A stretch of DNA of 64,000 bases. It comes from Eledone cirrhosa. Taxonomy: Eukaryota. Within the stretch, counting starts at the first letter, position 1. Every line of letters starts with the position of its first letter. Shown in pieces: positions 49,942-62,652 of this stretch. A model generated the notes under the pieces. It had not been told where the DNA came from, did no database searches, and saw only the letters and a program-made list of their open reading frames with translations. The stretch lies in the NCBI GenBank assembly GCA_964016885.1, contig OZ024766.1, positions 2,418,001 to 2,482,000 of the forward strand. The letters are read 5' to 3'. Made by a program: the position numbers and the translations under genes.

Positions 49942-50557
49942 CTCGCAGTGGTACCCGGCGTTGCACGGGATAAAAGTTGGATTTTCTTTGCTCCCGGTAT
50001 GAAAAAGAGACTGACTAATACATAGTTACAATTTCAAGGAAATCAGTCTGACGTAACGCCTCAAAAAACCCCTAAAAAGCTGGAAAAACGCAGTTTTTCA
50101 CCTAATGCGGGCCTTAGGAGATCAAAAAGTTGAATTTTTTATGTGCATATCACTCCCTGAAACATAAGTAATACACATGTAAAGTTTGAAAAAAATAGGT
50201 TGGGTACTTCTCGAGTTTTAGGGATTCAAACTCACAGACACACACACACACAGACAGACATCCTCAGGGAAGTGATGTAATGCAGACAGCCAGACATACA
50301 GACAGATATTATAAGGGCGCGACGTTATATGTATGTATCTATCTAAAAAGAGAAAGACTAAGAATTATAGATAAAGATCGCTAAATCGCCTAATACGGTC
50401 TTTAGGGCATAGAAAATTTGAAATTTTTTTGGCTCAGAACACTCCCTGAAACATAAGTATTACATGTGTAAAGTTTGAAAAGAGTCGGTTGGGTGGTTCT
50501 CGTGTTTTAGGGATTCAAACTCACACACACACACATCCTCAGTTTTATATATAGAGA
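49942..50557 (-). mobile_element. Non-autonomous Helitron-like element
   Basis: 5' A|TCTCTATATATAAAA, CA microsatellite, 3' hairpin CCCGTGCAACGCCGGG then CGAG|T (CTAG variant); no TSD. Confidence 0.7.
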
Positions 50558-50597
50558 TAAGACAATAGTTTCATTCAATGATTCTTGATACTCACAG

Positions 50598-51545
50598 TTA
50601 CACTTCTGTATGAATACAGTCATGTGTAGTTAATTTGCTTTTTTGAAAGAATGATTTACCACAGATATCACACTGATGAGGCTTCTCTCCTGTATGTATA
50701 TATTTGTGTTGAGTTAAGTGATCATTTCGATAGAATGATTTACCACAAATATCACAGGGATATGGTTTGTCTCCTGTATGAGAATATTTGTGTGCAATTA
50801 AGTTACCTGTATGAGAAAATGATTTACCACAGATATGACAGTGACATGGTTTCTCACCTGTGTGAATATATTTGTGTGTAGTCAAGTTACTTTTCTGAGA
50901 GAAAGATTTGCCACAGATATCACAGTGGTATGGTTTCTCTCCTGTATGGATATATTTGTGTTTAGTTAAGTGATCATTCCGAGAGAAGGATTTACCACAA
51001 ATACCACAGTGATATGGTTTGTCTCCCGTATGAATGTGTTTATGTACAGTTAAGCTAACCGCCTGAGAGAATGATTTACCACAGATATCACAATTATATG
51101 GCTTCTCTCCTGTATGTATATATTTGTGCTTAGTTAAGTCACCTGCTTGAGAAAATGATTTACCACAGATGTCACAGTGATATGGTTTCTCTCCTGTATG
51201 TATATATTTGTGCGTAGATAAGCTGTCTGTCTGCGAGAATGACTTACCACAGATATCACAGTGATATGGCTTCTCTCCTGTATGAATATATTTGTGTCTA
51301 TTCAAGCCACCTGTATTAGAGAAAGATTTACCACAGATATCACATTGATAAGGTTTTTCTCCTGTATGGATATATTTGTGTGTAGTTAAGTGACTTAATT
51401 GAGAGAATGATTTACCACAAATATCACAGCTGTACGGTTTTTCTCCTGTATGAATACGTATGTGTGTAGTGAGATTGTTTTCTCTAGCGAATGATTTACC
51501 ACAGATATCACACTGGTACAATGATTTTCCATTTGCCTTCGACAT
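50598..51545 (-). CDS. C2H2 zinc-finger protein, family B (11 fingers)
   Basis: ATG at 51545 (MSKANGKS); 11 fingers with [11 protein letters not shown] linkers. Confidence 0.9.
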   Translation of the reverse strand: MSKANGKSLYQCDICGKSFARENNLTTHIRIHTGEKPYSCDICGKSFSQLSHLTTHKYIHTGEKPYQCDICGKSFSNTGGLNRHKYIHTGEKPYHCDICGKSFSQTDSLSTHKYIHTGEKPYHCDICGKSFSQAGDLTKHKYIHTGEKPYNCDICGKSFSQAVSLTVHKHIHTGDKPYHCGICGKSFSRNDHLTKHKYIHTGEKPYHCDICGKSFSQKSNLTTHKYIHTGEKPCHCHICGKSFSHTGNLIAHKYSHTGDKPYPCDICGKSFYRNDHLTQHKYIHTGEKPHQCDICGKSFFQKSKLTTHDCIHTEV

Positions 51546-52415
51546 CTCTTCAGGAAATATCAATCTTTTAAGTCTCTCTAATATTTTCCCACAACACAAA
51601 ATAAGGATACTTATTTTTTGGTCTCTTTTTTATAGTTTATCCCCAACAAATATTTCCAATGTTAAATTTCCCTCAACTCTAATCTTTGTTGACATCTGAA
51701 AATGATGCAAATTCCTTTATAAATTTACCCAAGTTTAATAAGAATACAATATCTTCTTCTACACTTTGCAGATAGTGAAGAGAAATCTGTCCATGTATCT
51801 CAATTCAGAAGAAATATTTCACTTTAGTTCACCAAATGTTGATATAAAAAGACTTATATGACTACTGTGTAAAATCTTTGGCCATCTAATTGATGATATT
51901 GATGATGTATTTGAAGTTAAAGATTCTCTTCAGTCAATGGCATGTGATATTCTGAAAGAAAACAAGATATAGAGGATATTAAAATATGACTCAACAGTGG
52001 AAATTACACAACATATATATATTGATAAACTATATATAGAAACATTCACCTGAATAATTGAACTTATCCAAAGCATCCTTCAAATTTTATGGTCGAAAAT
52101 ATATATCATCATCACCACCACCACCACCACCACCACCATCTTTAAATCTGTTTTTCCATGCTTACATGGAAGAATTTAATAAAACATCTAACTTTTTAAT
52201 TCCTAATCTGTTGATTGTTGGTTCATTACTTGACAAAGATTCTGACATAAAATTGTGTCGTAAGGTTTTGATTTTAATATATGAGAATTTTAAAAATGGA
52301 CAGTTTTGTTTCACGGAAAAAGAGGCAGTTACAGGCAGGAGTGGGGGGACATAGTCAGCAGAAAACATGATGACACTCTGCAAGGCAACATTCCAACATT
52401 TTTACAGGTAGATAT

Positions 52416-53531
52416 TTATACACCAGTATGAACATGCATATGTGTAGCTAAAATACTTTTACGAGAGAATGATTTAGCGCAGACATCACAGTCATATGGT
52501 TTCTCTCCTGTATGAACAGTTTTATGTCTAGTTAAAGTAGCAGAATGAGAGAATGATTTACCACAGATATGACAGTGATATGGTTTCTCTCCTGTGTGAA
52601 GATATTTGTGTGTAGTTAAGTTAGTTTTCTGAGAGAATAATTTACCACAGACATCACAGTGGTATGGCTTCTCTCCCGTATGAATAGTTTTGTGTTTCGT
52701 TAAGTTAGTTTTCTGAGAGAATAATTTACCACAGACATCACAGTGATATGGCTTCTCTCCTGTATGAATAGTTTTGTGTTTCGTTAAGTTTCCTTTTTCA
52801 GAGAATGATTTACTACAGATATCACAGTGATATGGTTTCTCTCCTGCATGAACATATTTATGTGTAGTTAAGCCAGCAGTATGAGAAAATGATTTACCAC
52901 AGACATCACAGTGATATGGTTTCTCTCCTGTATGAATACGTATGTGTTTCGTTAAATTGCTCGATACAGTGAATGATTTACCGCAGATCTCACAGCTGTA
53001 TAGCTTCTCACCTGTGTGAATATATTTGTGTGTAGTTAAGTGACTTCTATAAAAAAAGGATTTACCACAGATATCACAGCTATACGGCTTCTCTCCTGTA
53101 TGAATGCGTATGTGTTTTGTTAAATTGCTTGATATGGTGAATGATTTACCACAGATATCACATCTGTGTAGCTTCTCTCCTCTATGAATATATTTGTGTG
53201 TCATTAAGTTCGATGAATGAGAGAATGATTTACCACAGATATCACAGTGATGTGGCTTTTCTCCTGTATGCACAGATGCATGTGCGGTTAAGTGACAAGA
53301 TAGCGAGAATGATTTACCACAGATATCACAGTTGTATGGCTTCTCTCCTGTATGAGTATATCTGTGTGTAGTGACGCCACTTTTTTGAGAGAATGATTTA
53401 CCACAGATATCACAGTGGTATGGTTTCTCTCCTGTATGAATACGTTTGTGTGTGGTTAGTTGACATTTTTGTGAGAACGATTTGCCACAGATATCACAGT
53501 GGTATGGTGATTTTCCTATCTCCTTTGACAT
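52416..53531 (-). CDS. C2H2 zinc-finger protein, family B (13 fingers)
   Basis: 371-aa [18 protein letters not shown]... Confidence 0.92.
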   Translation of the reverse strand: MSKEIGKSPYHCDICGKSFSQKCQLTTHKRIHTGEKPYHCDICGKSFSQKSGVTTHRYTHTGEKPYNCDICGKSFSLSCHLTAHASVHTGEKPHHCDICGKSFSHSSNLMTHKYIHRGEKLHRCDICGKSFTISSNLTKHIRIHTGEKPYSCDICGKSFFYRSHLTTHKYIHTGEKLYSCEICGKSFTVSSNLTKHIRIHTGEKPYHCDVCGKSFSHTAGLTTHKYVHAGEKPYHCDICSKSFSEKGNLTKHKTIHTGEKPYHCDVCGKLFSQKTNLTKHKTIHTGEKPYHCDVCGKLFSQKTNLTTHKYLHTGEKPYHCHICGKSFSHSATLTRHKTVHTGEKPYDCDVCAKSFSRKSILATHMHVHTGV

Positions 53532-53920
53532 ATTTTCGGGAGATTTATCAATCTTTGAAAATTATTTAATGATTCATTTTCCCAGGATGATTTCTTTGTT
53601 TTTATAGTTTACTTCTAACAAATATTTCCAATGTTAATTTTCCCTCAACTCTGATCTTTGTTGACATCTAAAAATGATGCAAATTCCTTTATAAATTTAC
53701 CCAAGTTTAATAAGATGCAATATTTTTACTACACTTTCCAGATAGTGAAGAGAAAGTTATCTATGTACCTCAGTTCAGAGGAAATATTTCACTTTAGTTC
53801 ACCAAATGTTGATATAAAAAGACTTATATGACTACTGTGTAAAATCTTTGGCCATTTAATCGATGATATTGATGATGTATTTGAAGTTAAAGATTCTCTT
53901 CAGTCAATGGCATGTGATAT

Positions 53921-53945
53921 TCTGAAAGAAAACAAGATATAGAGG
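53921..53945 (-). promoter_or_regulatory. Conserved splice acceptor of family B coding exons (exon starts 53921, 51951, 43569, 32885)
   Basis: Pyrimidine tract + TTTCAG|AATATCAC at all four family B genes. Confidence 0.7.
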
Positions 53946-54175
53946 ATATTAAAATATGACTCAACAGTGGAAATTACACAACATATCTATATTGATAAAC
54001 TGTATATAGAAACCTTCACCTGAATAGTTGGAATTTGTCAAATGTATCCCTCATATTTTAAAGTATGAAAGTATACACATACATACACACACACACACAT
54101 AAATGAAACAAAAGCAGGGATGCAAAAACACAAGGTCATATTAGTTTAATGCTTGGAGGAAGTGGAGGAGGGTTT

Positions 54176-54204
54176 GACGTTTCGGACAGAAGTCCTTCAT
54201 CAGG
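54176..54204 (-). ncRNA. Minimal hammerhead ribozyme motif (Penelope-type)
   Basis: CUGAUGA-AGGAC-UUCU-GUCC-GAAAC-GUC; stem I pairing poor. Confidence 0.6.
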
Positions 54205-55951
54205 AAAGTTTGAATCAAGAGCAAACAGGTGGATGTGTGAAAGTTAGGAAAAGGGGGCTGGGAGGAGATTGATAGGTTGGGGTTGGGGCTGAAGTAGCGG
54301 GTCTGGGGTGTGTGTGTGTGCCAAAGGGATAAAATTAGTATACACCATATCATAAATGATAGAAACAATACAGAAGCCATATATATACATACACACATAT
54401 ATGAAACTATAATTGTTTTTTCTTTTGGCACAAGGCCAGCAATTACCCCAGTGTATTACTGGTACTTTATTTTATCGACCCCGTAATAATTGTTTCTACT
54501 TTTGGCACAAGGCCAGCAATTACACCAGTATATTACTGGTACTTTATTTTATCAAGGATGAAAGGCAAAGTTAACGTCGGCCGGATTTGAACTCAGAACG
54601 CAAAGGGCCATAACTCTATGCTGTAAAGCATGGCGGCGTCTGACGCTCTACCGATACTGCCAATTCACCCACCGCGCTTATATGAAACTATAATTGTTGC
54701 TACTTTTTGGCACAAGGCCAGCAGTTACCCCAGTGTATTACTGGTACTTTATTTTATCGACCCCCGTAAGGATGAAAAGGCAAAGTTAATCTCGGCGGGA
54801 TTTGAACTCAGAATGGCAAGGGACGTAACTCTTTGCTTGCAAAGTATGGCGTCTGACCCTCTACCAATAATGGCTTCTGATTTAGGAATAGAACCATCAA
54901 CTTTAGGATGAAATCAACTCCAGTATATTACTGCTACTTTATTTTATCGACACTTTAAATATGATAACACATAAAAAAAAAAAAAAAATGAATACCCCCC
55001 CCCCCCCCCGAAATCGAGGGGGGGGGGGGCTATAATAAAACCCAAATAAGATAACATTTCAGTCTAGAAGTATTTTCCTGTATATAAAAGTGACGAGGAA
55101 GAAATATGTCCAAAGTTGTTAAATATTTTCACTTGTATATAATTACTGTATCGTTGAAAGGTTCACATAATTCTATTATTTACACACATTATTATAGACT
55201 TCAAGTAAGTAAATCTTTCTCAACTTACCCTCTTCCCATGTAATCAATGTGTTGTCTTCTTATATTTTATTAAACAAAGAAATAATCTCCTTGCTGTTAA
55301 ATTAGAAATTTTAAAGATTTCATCAGCTTTTCTTTGTCCGCCATTAACGTTGGTGTATCTTCTTATTCTTTAGCCACAGATTCGTAACTTGTAGCAGTAG
55401 AGCTAGTTTTCTATCTTTAGCCACAGGAGTTCGTAGATATATATTATATATATATATATATATACATATATAATCAGTGAAGGCGCATGGCTTAGTGGTT
55501 AGAGCAGTAGGCTTGCAATCGAAAGGTTGTGAGTTCAATTCTCGGACTGGGTGATGTGTTGTTTCCTTGAGCAAAACACTTCATTTCATGTTATTCCAGT
55601 ATACTCAGCTGAAAACGAGTAACAGCAATAGCTGGAGGTTTAACCCTGTGATGGACTGGCGTCCTGTCCAGGGGGGAGTCTTGTACTCTTAGTCACTTCA
55701 CTTCATGCCATGAAACTTTGTCCTCAACCTAGTATTAATTGCTATATTATCAATACATTAGTATACTTTTCTTTTTCTTTAAACTAAAACCACTAATTAA
55801 AATACATCAAATAAGAGATGCTGGGAAGAATTGTGTTAGTAAATGTCAGATAGGTAAATGATAGATTTATATCTTAATGGATAAACAACCTGCTAATGAA
55901 ATTAATATGCAAGTGGCTGAGTATTCCCAACGTGTTTTCTTAACATAATTC

Positions 55952-56440
55952 TCAGGGGTGGTTCAGATTCATCACAGGCAAGGAACACCAGTACAAATTC
56001 TTCTGGGTGGGTAACAAAAATGGGGTGAGTGGAGTAGGAATGCTCCTTGCTGAGAGATAAGTGGACCAGGTAATTGAGGTAGTCAGAGTGAGTGATAGAA
56101 TAATTAAACTTAGACTAACCTTGGGCAATACTACAGCCACTATACTACCAGTATATGACCCACAAGCTGGGCTTGCTGATGAACAAAAAGACCATTTCTA
56201 CGAAGCCCTCCTACAGACTACCTCAATGACAGATGACATTGATCTTATGATCGCAGCTGGTGACTTCAATGGACATGTTGGGAAACATCAGGAGAGATTC
56301 CCTCCTGGCATACATTGAAACTACGGTTACAGAAGAAGAGATGAGGATGGGTCTAGGCTTCTGAAGTTCTGGGAAGCTCTTAACTTAATCTGCAACACAT
56401 ACTTCAGGAAACTGGTCAACTCCCTGGTCACTTACCAATA
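55952..56440 (+). mobile_element. RTE LINE AP-endonuclease fragment (degenerate)
   Basis: GVGMLL...VSDRIIKLRL...VYDPQAG...AGDFNGHVG...CNTYFRK with stops. Confidence 0.85.
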
Positions 56441-56862
56441 AAGAGAATAAAACCGAATGGACTTTGTTACCTTTTAAATGTTTTTGAGGCAAGCCAAGGC
56501 TTGGCATTACATCCTGGAATAGAGTGTCCCTTAATTACACATAACAACAGAGAATGATCTTTCCGGCTAAAAAGTACTGAAATTTCTCCCATAGATAAAA
56601 AGAGAATTTAAAAAGACAGGGATATATATGGGCAAGATTTTAATTTCAAATGAAAATAAATTTGAAAGAATGACAAGCAATGTTTGGAGTCTGTTAAACT
56701 GACAAACATTCACATTTGATGTTGGTGAAGAATAAGTTTAGAATTATCAGAGGAAGGATATCTCATGTTTCACAGTTAAAAGGTTTCCCTCCATTGTATG
56801 TGTTGTATCCAACTATTTCTAGAATCAAAATCTCTGCATATTTCAGAGTGACAAGTTTTTTC

Positions 56863-58089
56863 TTAAATGTGAGTTCTTTTGTGTGAATTTAAATTACTTT
56901 TATTAAGAAAAGATTTTCCACATATTTCACAGGGGAAATGTTTTTCGCTTGTGTGTCTTCTTTTGTGCGTATTCAAGTCACTTCTTGTGACAAAAGATTT
57001 CTCACATATTTCACATTGGAAGGGTTTCTCTCCTGTGTGACTTCGTACGTGGATAACAAGACAAGAATTCCGAGTGAAAAATTTCCCACACATTTCACAG
57101 TGGAAGGGTTTTTCTCCAGTGTGTGTTCTTTTATGTCTATTTAAATAACTGTTAATGATAAAAGATTTCCCACATATTTCACAGTGGAAATTTTTTACTC
57201 CAGTGTGTGTTATTGTATGTGTAATTAATTCACCGTTAGTAACAAAAGATTTCTCACATATTTCACAGTGGAATTTCTTTTCTCCTCTGTGTCTTTTCAT
57301 GTGTTTATTCAAGTCACTGCTTGTAACACAAGATTTCCCACATATTTCACAATGAAAGGGTTTCTCTCCAGTGTGTATTCTTTTGTGTGCGGTTAAATTA
57401 CCGTTTTTCACAAAAGATTTACCACATATTTCACAATGGAAGGGTTTCTCTCCAGTGTGTATTCTTTTGTGAGATATTAAGCAACTGTTAGTGACAAAAG
57501 ATTTACCACATATTTCACAATGATAGGGTTTCTCTCCAGTGTGTGTTCTTTTGTGCGTATTTAAGTCACTGCTTGTAACACAAGATTTCCCACATATTTC
57601 ACAATGAAAGGGTTTCTCTCCAGTGTGTGTCCTTTTGTGTACAGTTAAATTACAGTTTTTCCCAAAAGATTTTCCACATATTTCACAGTGGAATGGTTTT
57701 TCTCCTGTGTGAATACGTATGTGGTAAACAAGATGAGACTTTTTAGGGAAAGATTTCTCACAAATTTCACAATGAAAAGGTTTCTCTCCTGTGTGACTTC
57801 GTATGTGTTCAAGAAGATGAGAAGTTTTAGTGAAAGATTTCCCACATATTTCACATTGGAAGGGTTTGTCTTTAGTGTGTGTGTCTTTGTGTGTGGATAA
57901 TTCATCTTTTGATGAGAAAGTTTTCTTACAAACCCCACAGCTGTATTCAGAAATATTTCTGTGTATTGATCCTTGTTCAGTACATGTTTCCCTAGGTAAA
58001 GGTTTCTCACCACTGTATGTCTGTGTAACTGTATCTATATTGGTCGAAAAAGGTGTGGTAGAAATGTCCAAGGGTTTAACGTCCTCCAT
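56863..58089 (-). CDS. C2H2 zinc-finger protein, family A (13 fingers)
   Basis: 408-aa ATG ORF with [10 protein letters not shown] leader. Confidence 0.92.
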   Translation of the reverse strand: MEDVKPLDISTTPFSTNIDTVTQTYSGEKPLPRETCTEQGSIHRNISEYSCGVCKKTFSSKDELSTHKDTHTKDKPFQCEICGKSFTKTSHLLEHIRSHTGEKPFHCEICEKSFPKKSHLVYHIRIHTGEKPFHCEICGKSFGKNCNLTVHKRTHTGEKPFHCEICGKSCVTSSDLNTHKRTHTGEKPYHCEICGKSFVTNSCLISHKRIHTGEKPFHCEICGKSFVKNGNLTAHKRIHTGEKPFHCEICGKSCVTSSDLNKHMKRHRGEKKFHCEICEKSFVTNGELITHTITHTGVKNFHCEICGKSFIINSYLNRHKRTHTGEKPFHCEMCGKFFTRNSCLVIHVRSHTGEKPFQCEICEKSFVTRSDLNTHKRRHTSEKHFPCEICGKSFLNKSNLNSHKRTHI

Positions 58090-59227
58090 AGTAATTCTTG
58101 AAGAATTCTTAACAATTGGGAAATATCTGTGTTTATAATATATAACAGTTCAGTTTCTTGTCTTAGATATCATAGGACTATGTTTACATGTGGAAAATAT
58201 GCAATGTAGATATATTTTCTACATACCACTAGCATTCTTGTAGCAAAGTGAGTCCTCTCCAAGTGCTACATATATATTGATGTAGAGGAAAATACTTCTA
58301 TTTTTTTGTTAAGAAAGGTGGCTATAGTTAATGGATGCTATGTAGTCTAAAACAAGATGTTTTGTCTATAAATGACCGATAGCAGATGTTCTGGTCAAAG
58401 TCGTCCTTCTACAGATTATAATGGAACTCTCAGTTGACACAACTGTAAAGTAAGAATAGACATGACAGTATAAGACTGATGACCGGAAATAATGTGTGTG
58501 TGTATATATTCGGGATGAGGTGGCAGAATATATGATCGTGTGTTTATTTCTGTATACGTGTGTTGACCTAATAAACCAGGCTTGTTTACCACGGAGTGTA
58601 GAAAAGTACACAATATCTGCTGTGTTAACAATACAAATAAGACGTACTTTATATTTCAAGTCCAAATGTAAAATCAAGAAAGACCAGGAAAGCTAATTGT
58701 TCAGATGTTGGTGATTTAAACCTATTTCTCACTGTCCTGTAAAATGTGGAACAACCAATTCACGATGTAGCGTAGTTTCTCATGAAATGAAATATTTAAT
58801 CATGTAGGAGATGGAACACCTACCCTGGAACATGTAGCTCACGCTATGTTATCTACAGAATATTAACTTTCACCTTAACATGAGATATAATTAGATTAAC
58901 TAAAGTTATAATTAAGAGAGCAGGTACGTGGTGTCGTTGGTAATGCTTCACTCTCCTGAATAACACCGGTGTCATACGTTCAAAGTCCCTGACATAATTT
59001 AATACCTTCAGAAAGACCTTCAGTTATATCAATTCACTCCATCAATTGTATCCAACCCATGGTAAAACAAGCAGCATCACTCAGTAAATTATTTATTACG
59101 TATCAACGAAGGAGTCACTTACCTGGTTACTTGACCTGGTAGAAATAGCAGCCAAATATCCCTCTAGCTCTAAATAAACATCGGCCATATACTGCAGTTT
59201 AGTCATACATAAACACACACTCACGTG

Positions 59228-59274
<47 letters not shown>

Positions 59275-59404
59275 AGAGAGATAACATGATGGTCACGGCT
59301 GGAACAACTTTAAATATAGGATTATTCAGTCATACTAAGGCGAGATTTATATAAAGCTAAAGTGGAGTCATCTCCCCTGGTAGTTTACTACATCACGTGG
59401 TCTG

Positions 59405-61020
59405 TGAGTCATCACGGTTTAACGCCACGCTAGCATGGGTCAGACTAATTTCCCTGTTGTGGGATCAGATGACTGTGTCTTGCTCATACAGAACTGTTTC
59501 TAGCTTGGTCTCTACGTCTGGATTCCCTTCCAACGTCAACCACATTTTCAGTGTGGAGACAGTGTTTTTATCGTGGCTCCAAAACGACAACTTTACAGAG
59601 TGAACTGGGCGCTTTTTGTCGTGTTACCAACGTGACCAGATGACAGTATGGAGTGGTCGCCTTTTGTCGTAGCACCAAAACGACCAATTTACAGTGTGGA
59701 CTGGGAACGTTTTGTCACGTCAACAGCACGACCACTTTACTGTCGGCTCGACGCTTTTCATCTTGTCACCAAGTTTGGGGTGGGCGTATGTTGTGGTGTC
59801 ACCATCACGATAGTGGGGGCTAGACGTTTATTGTTGGGTCGCTACCCAACCTACTCTACAGGGTTGACTGGGTTCTTTTTACATGTCCCCAACATGACCA
59901 CCTTAAAGGACAGACTGGGTGCTCTTTGTTGTGTCAGCGACCACCAGCCCACCCTACAGGGCAGACCTGGCTCCTTCTGTCCTGCTCCAACGTGATCCCC
60001 TTACAATGGGTACTTATCATGTCATCAATGTGACCCCCTCGAGGGAGGCCTCTATGCCCTTTTGTCATGTTACCTTACAGAGCGGAGAGGGGCACAGCTT
60101 TTTTATTCATGGCACCAACACGAGCCCCCAACATGATGGACTAGGGGACTTTTTTGTATCACCACCATGACCAGTTTCTTTCTCAGTTCATTTACTCTTT
60201 GCTGTTCATGTATATTCCTATTACACATCCATTCGGACATGCCAGCTTCATTTCTTTCCAATCTTTGTGTCCTCTACACACAGCAACCAGGTCTCAATAC
60301 CATGCAGGTTTGCTGTTTGTATACACACAGCAATCAGTCTGTCCTTCATTATGAGAGAAAAACCTGTAGCTAGCAGCCATAGCTCCCTGAACTTTCTCCA
60401 TCCAGTTCTCCTTCTGGCTGTTGTATTTTCAGAACACCCACCATCACTGCTAATTTGGTCACCCAGGTAACAGAAGCTATCAACTGCTACTACAGTACCC
60501 TCACAAAATTTAATAAAGCTTGTTACCTGTCAGAATTTGCTTCTTACTGCTCCTATGCAATGGCCACATATAAAACCTACGTACTTAGCTAGCCTACTTG
60601 AGATCTCACTACATCTCTTCTGTCCCCATAGTATACATTTAGGACAGGGTGGAATTTCTACCTACCCTTACATACACACTGAGCAAGGCCATTTCTCTGA
60701 GGAGATCAGGACCTTGTTTTCTTTTCTACATACAAGGACTTTAGTCTTTGCCAATTTGACTTTAATACATTTTTATTCCAGGTTGTGCTACCAGGTCAAG
60801 AATTTGTCTCTACTTCTGCCATAGATTCAGCTATGATAGTTCAATCATCAGCATACTGGATTTCCCAAGAGCATCCTGTTTTAAATTATTCTGATATAGC
60901 CAGGAGGGCGATAACAAACAGACAGAGCCTTGATGGACCCCAACTAGTGAAACTCCTCACTATAGTCATTAATTTTAACCTTACTGATATCACCTGAATA
61001 CATGGCTTATACCACCCTCT
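59405..61020 (-). mobile_element. Old RTE LINE remnant (RT C-terminal half plus 3'UTR)
   Basis: YADD-like motif near 60850, RTGWRKFREL near 60400, degenerate 48-bp repeats at 59550-59990. Confidence 0.65.
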
Positions 61021-61547
61021 CAGATTATCCCATAGAACTTCCTATGTCCCTAACTCCTCTTCCTTACTGTTTTAGATCTAATAATAGGATGTCTCTGAAT
61101 TTGTTACTTACAGAGAGTGCTCTCAGCTTCCAGGTCTTCCTTCTCTAGACTGTACCTCTTAACCCTTACTTTAGGGTCACTGACAACTAGTCTATATTGG
61201 GAGGTACATTCTTCCCCAGGACAGGCATTTACAACCATTTGCCTGTCTCATTTTCTGGTGAGAATAAAGTGTATTTGGTTAGTATGCCCCCCTGATAGGC
61301 AGGTAACCAAGTGGCTGGCTGATTTCTTCAAGTTTGTGTTACACATCAGTCGAGAGTATCACAGAACTCCAGATTCCTAGCCTCCTCCTCATATCTTGTG
61401 CCATATATCTAGCTTCCATATACACCAGGGAGTTTGTCATGATGTTTCCCAACTCACTCTAACTACCTTCAATACCTGGTCTACCTATCAATATAAACAT
61501 TAAGACAGGTATGTGGAATTACATACTCACAATTATCTCACGTTATT

Positions 61548-61962
61548 GTGGATTGGCAGTATCGGTAGGGGGTCGGACGCCATGCTTTCCAGCATAGTTA
61601 ACGTCCCTTTACGATTTGAGTACAAATCCCGCCGAGGTTAACTTTGCCTTTCATCCTTACGGGGTCGATAAAATAAAGTACCAGTAATGCACTGGGTATT
61701 TGCTGGCCTTGTGCCTAAAGTAGAAACGGTTATTACGGGGTCTATAAAATAAAGTACCAGTAATACACTGGGTATTTGCTGGCCTTGTGCCTAAAGTAGA
61801 AACGGTTATTACAGGGTCTATAAAATAAAGTACCAGTAATGCACTGGGTAATTGCTGGTCTTGTGCCTAAAGTAGAAACAGTTATTACGGGGTCGATAAA
61901 ATAAAGTACCAGTAATACACTGGGGTAATTGCTGGCCTTGTGCCTAAAGTAGCAACGGTTAT
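61548..61962 (+). mobile_element. SINE with its 3' 76 bp repeated 4 times
   Basis: Full head plus units at 61662, 61738, 61814, 61890. Confidence 0.88.
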
Positions 61963-62652
61963 TGTGTGAATTTCCTGAGTCATTAGAATATCTGATAGAA
62001 TACTTTGCAGTATTTGTTTCAGCTCTCTACTCTCTCAGTTCAAATCTCACCTAGGTCAACTTCTCCTTTGAGGTCAATAAACAAAGGTACCAGTCTAATA
62101 CTGGTGTCGACTCTTCCTCTTTATCTCTTTCTCATTCACTCTCAATAATTCTCTGGAAGAAATCTGCTGTATTCAGACCTGGAGAGGAGATGGGTCCTGG
62201 CAGGTTATATAATACCCTAGAAATAACCTATGTCAATAGGTTGCTACTACGACTCCCTCAGGAGTTACAGGTCCATACTAGTAACATCAGAGATAAATTG
62301 GAAGCCCATGCTTTACCCCAGGTGATGGAAGGACCCTCAATTACACACAGTACCAGGAAATGTTGCTGTTGGCAAACAAGAGGCTGAAATTTCTGGCAGA
62401 GATTTAAAATGAATTCAAAAAGTCAAGAATAGATCAGAGAAAGATTTTAATTTCAAATGAAAATATATTTGTAAAAATGGCCAGCAATGTTTGGAGTCTA
62501 TCAAACTGTCAAGTATTCACATTTGATATTGGTGGAAAATAAGTTTAGATTTGTAAGAGGAAGGATGTTTCATGTTTCACAGTTAAAAACTTTCCTTCCT
62601 CTGTATGTTTGTGTCTAAGTAACTGTCAGAGAAAAAACATTTCCCACATATT

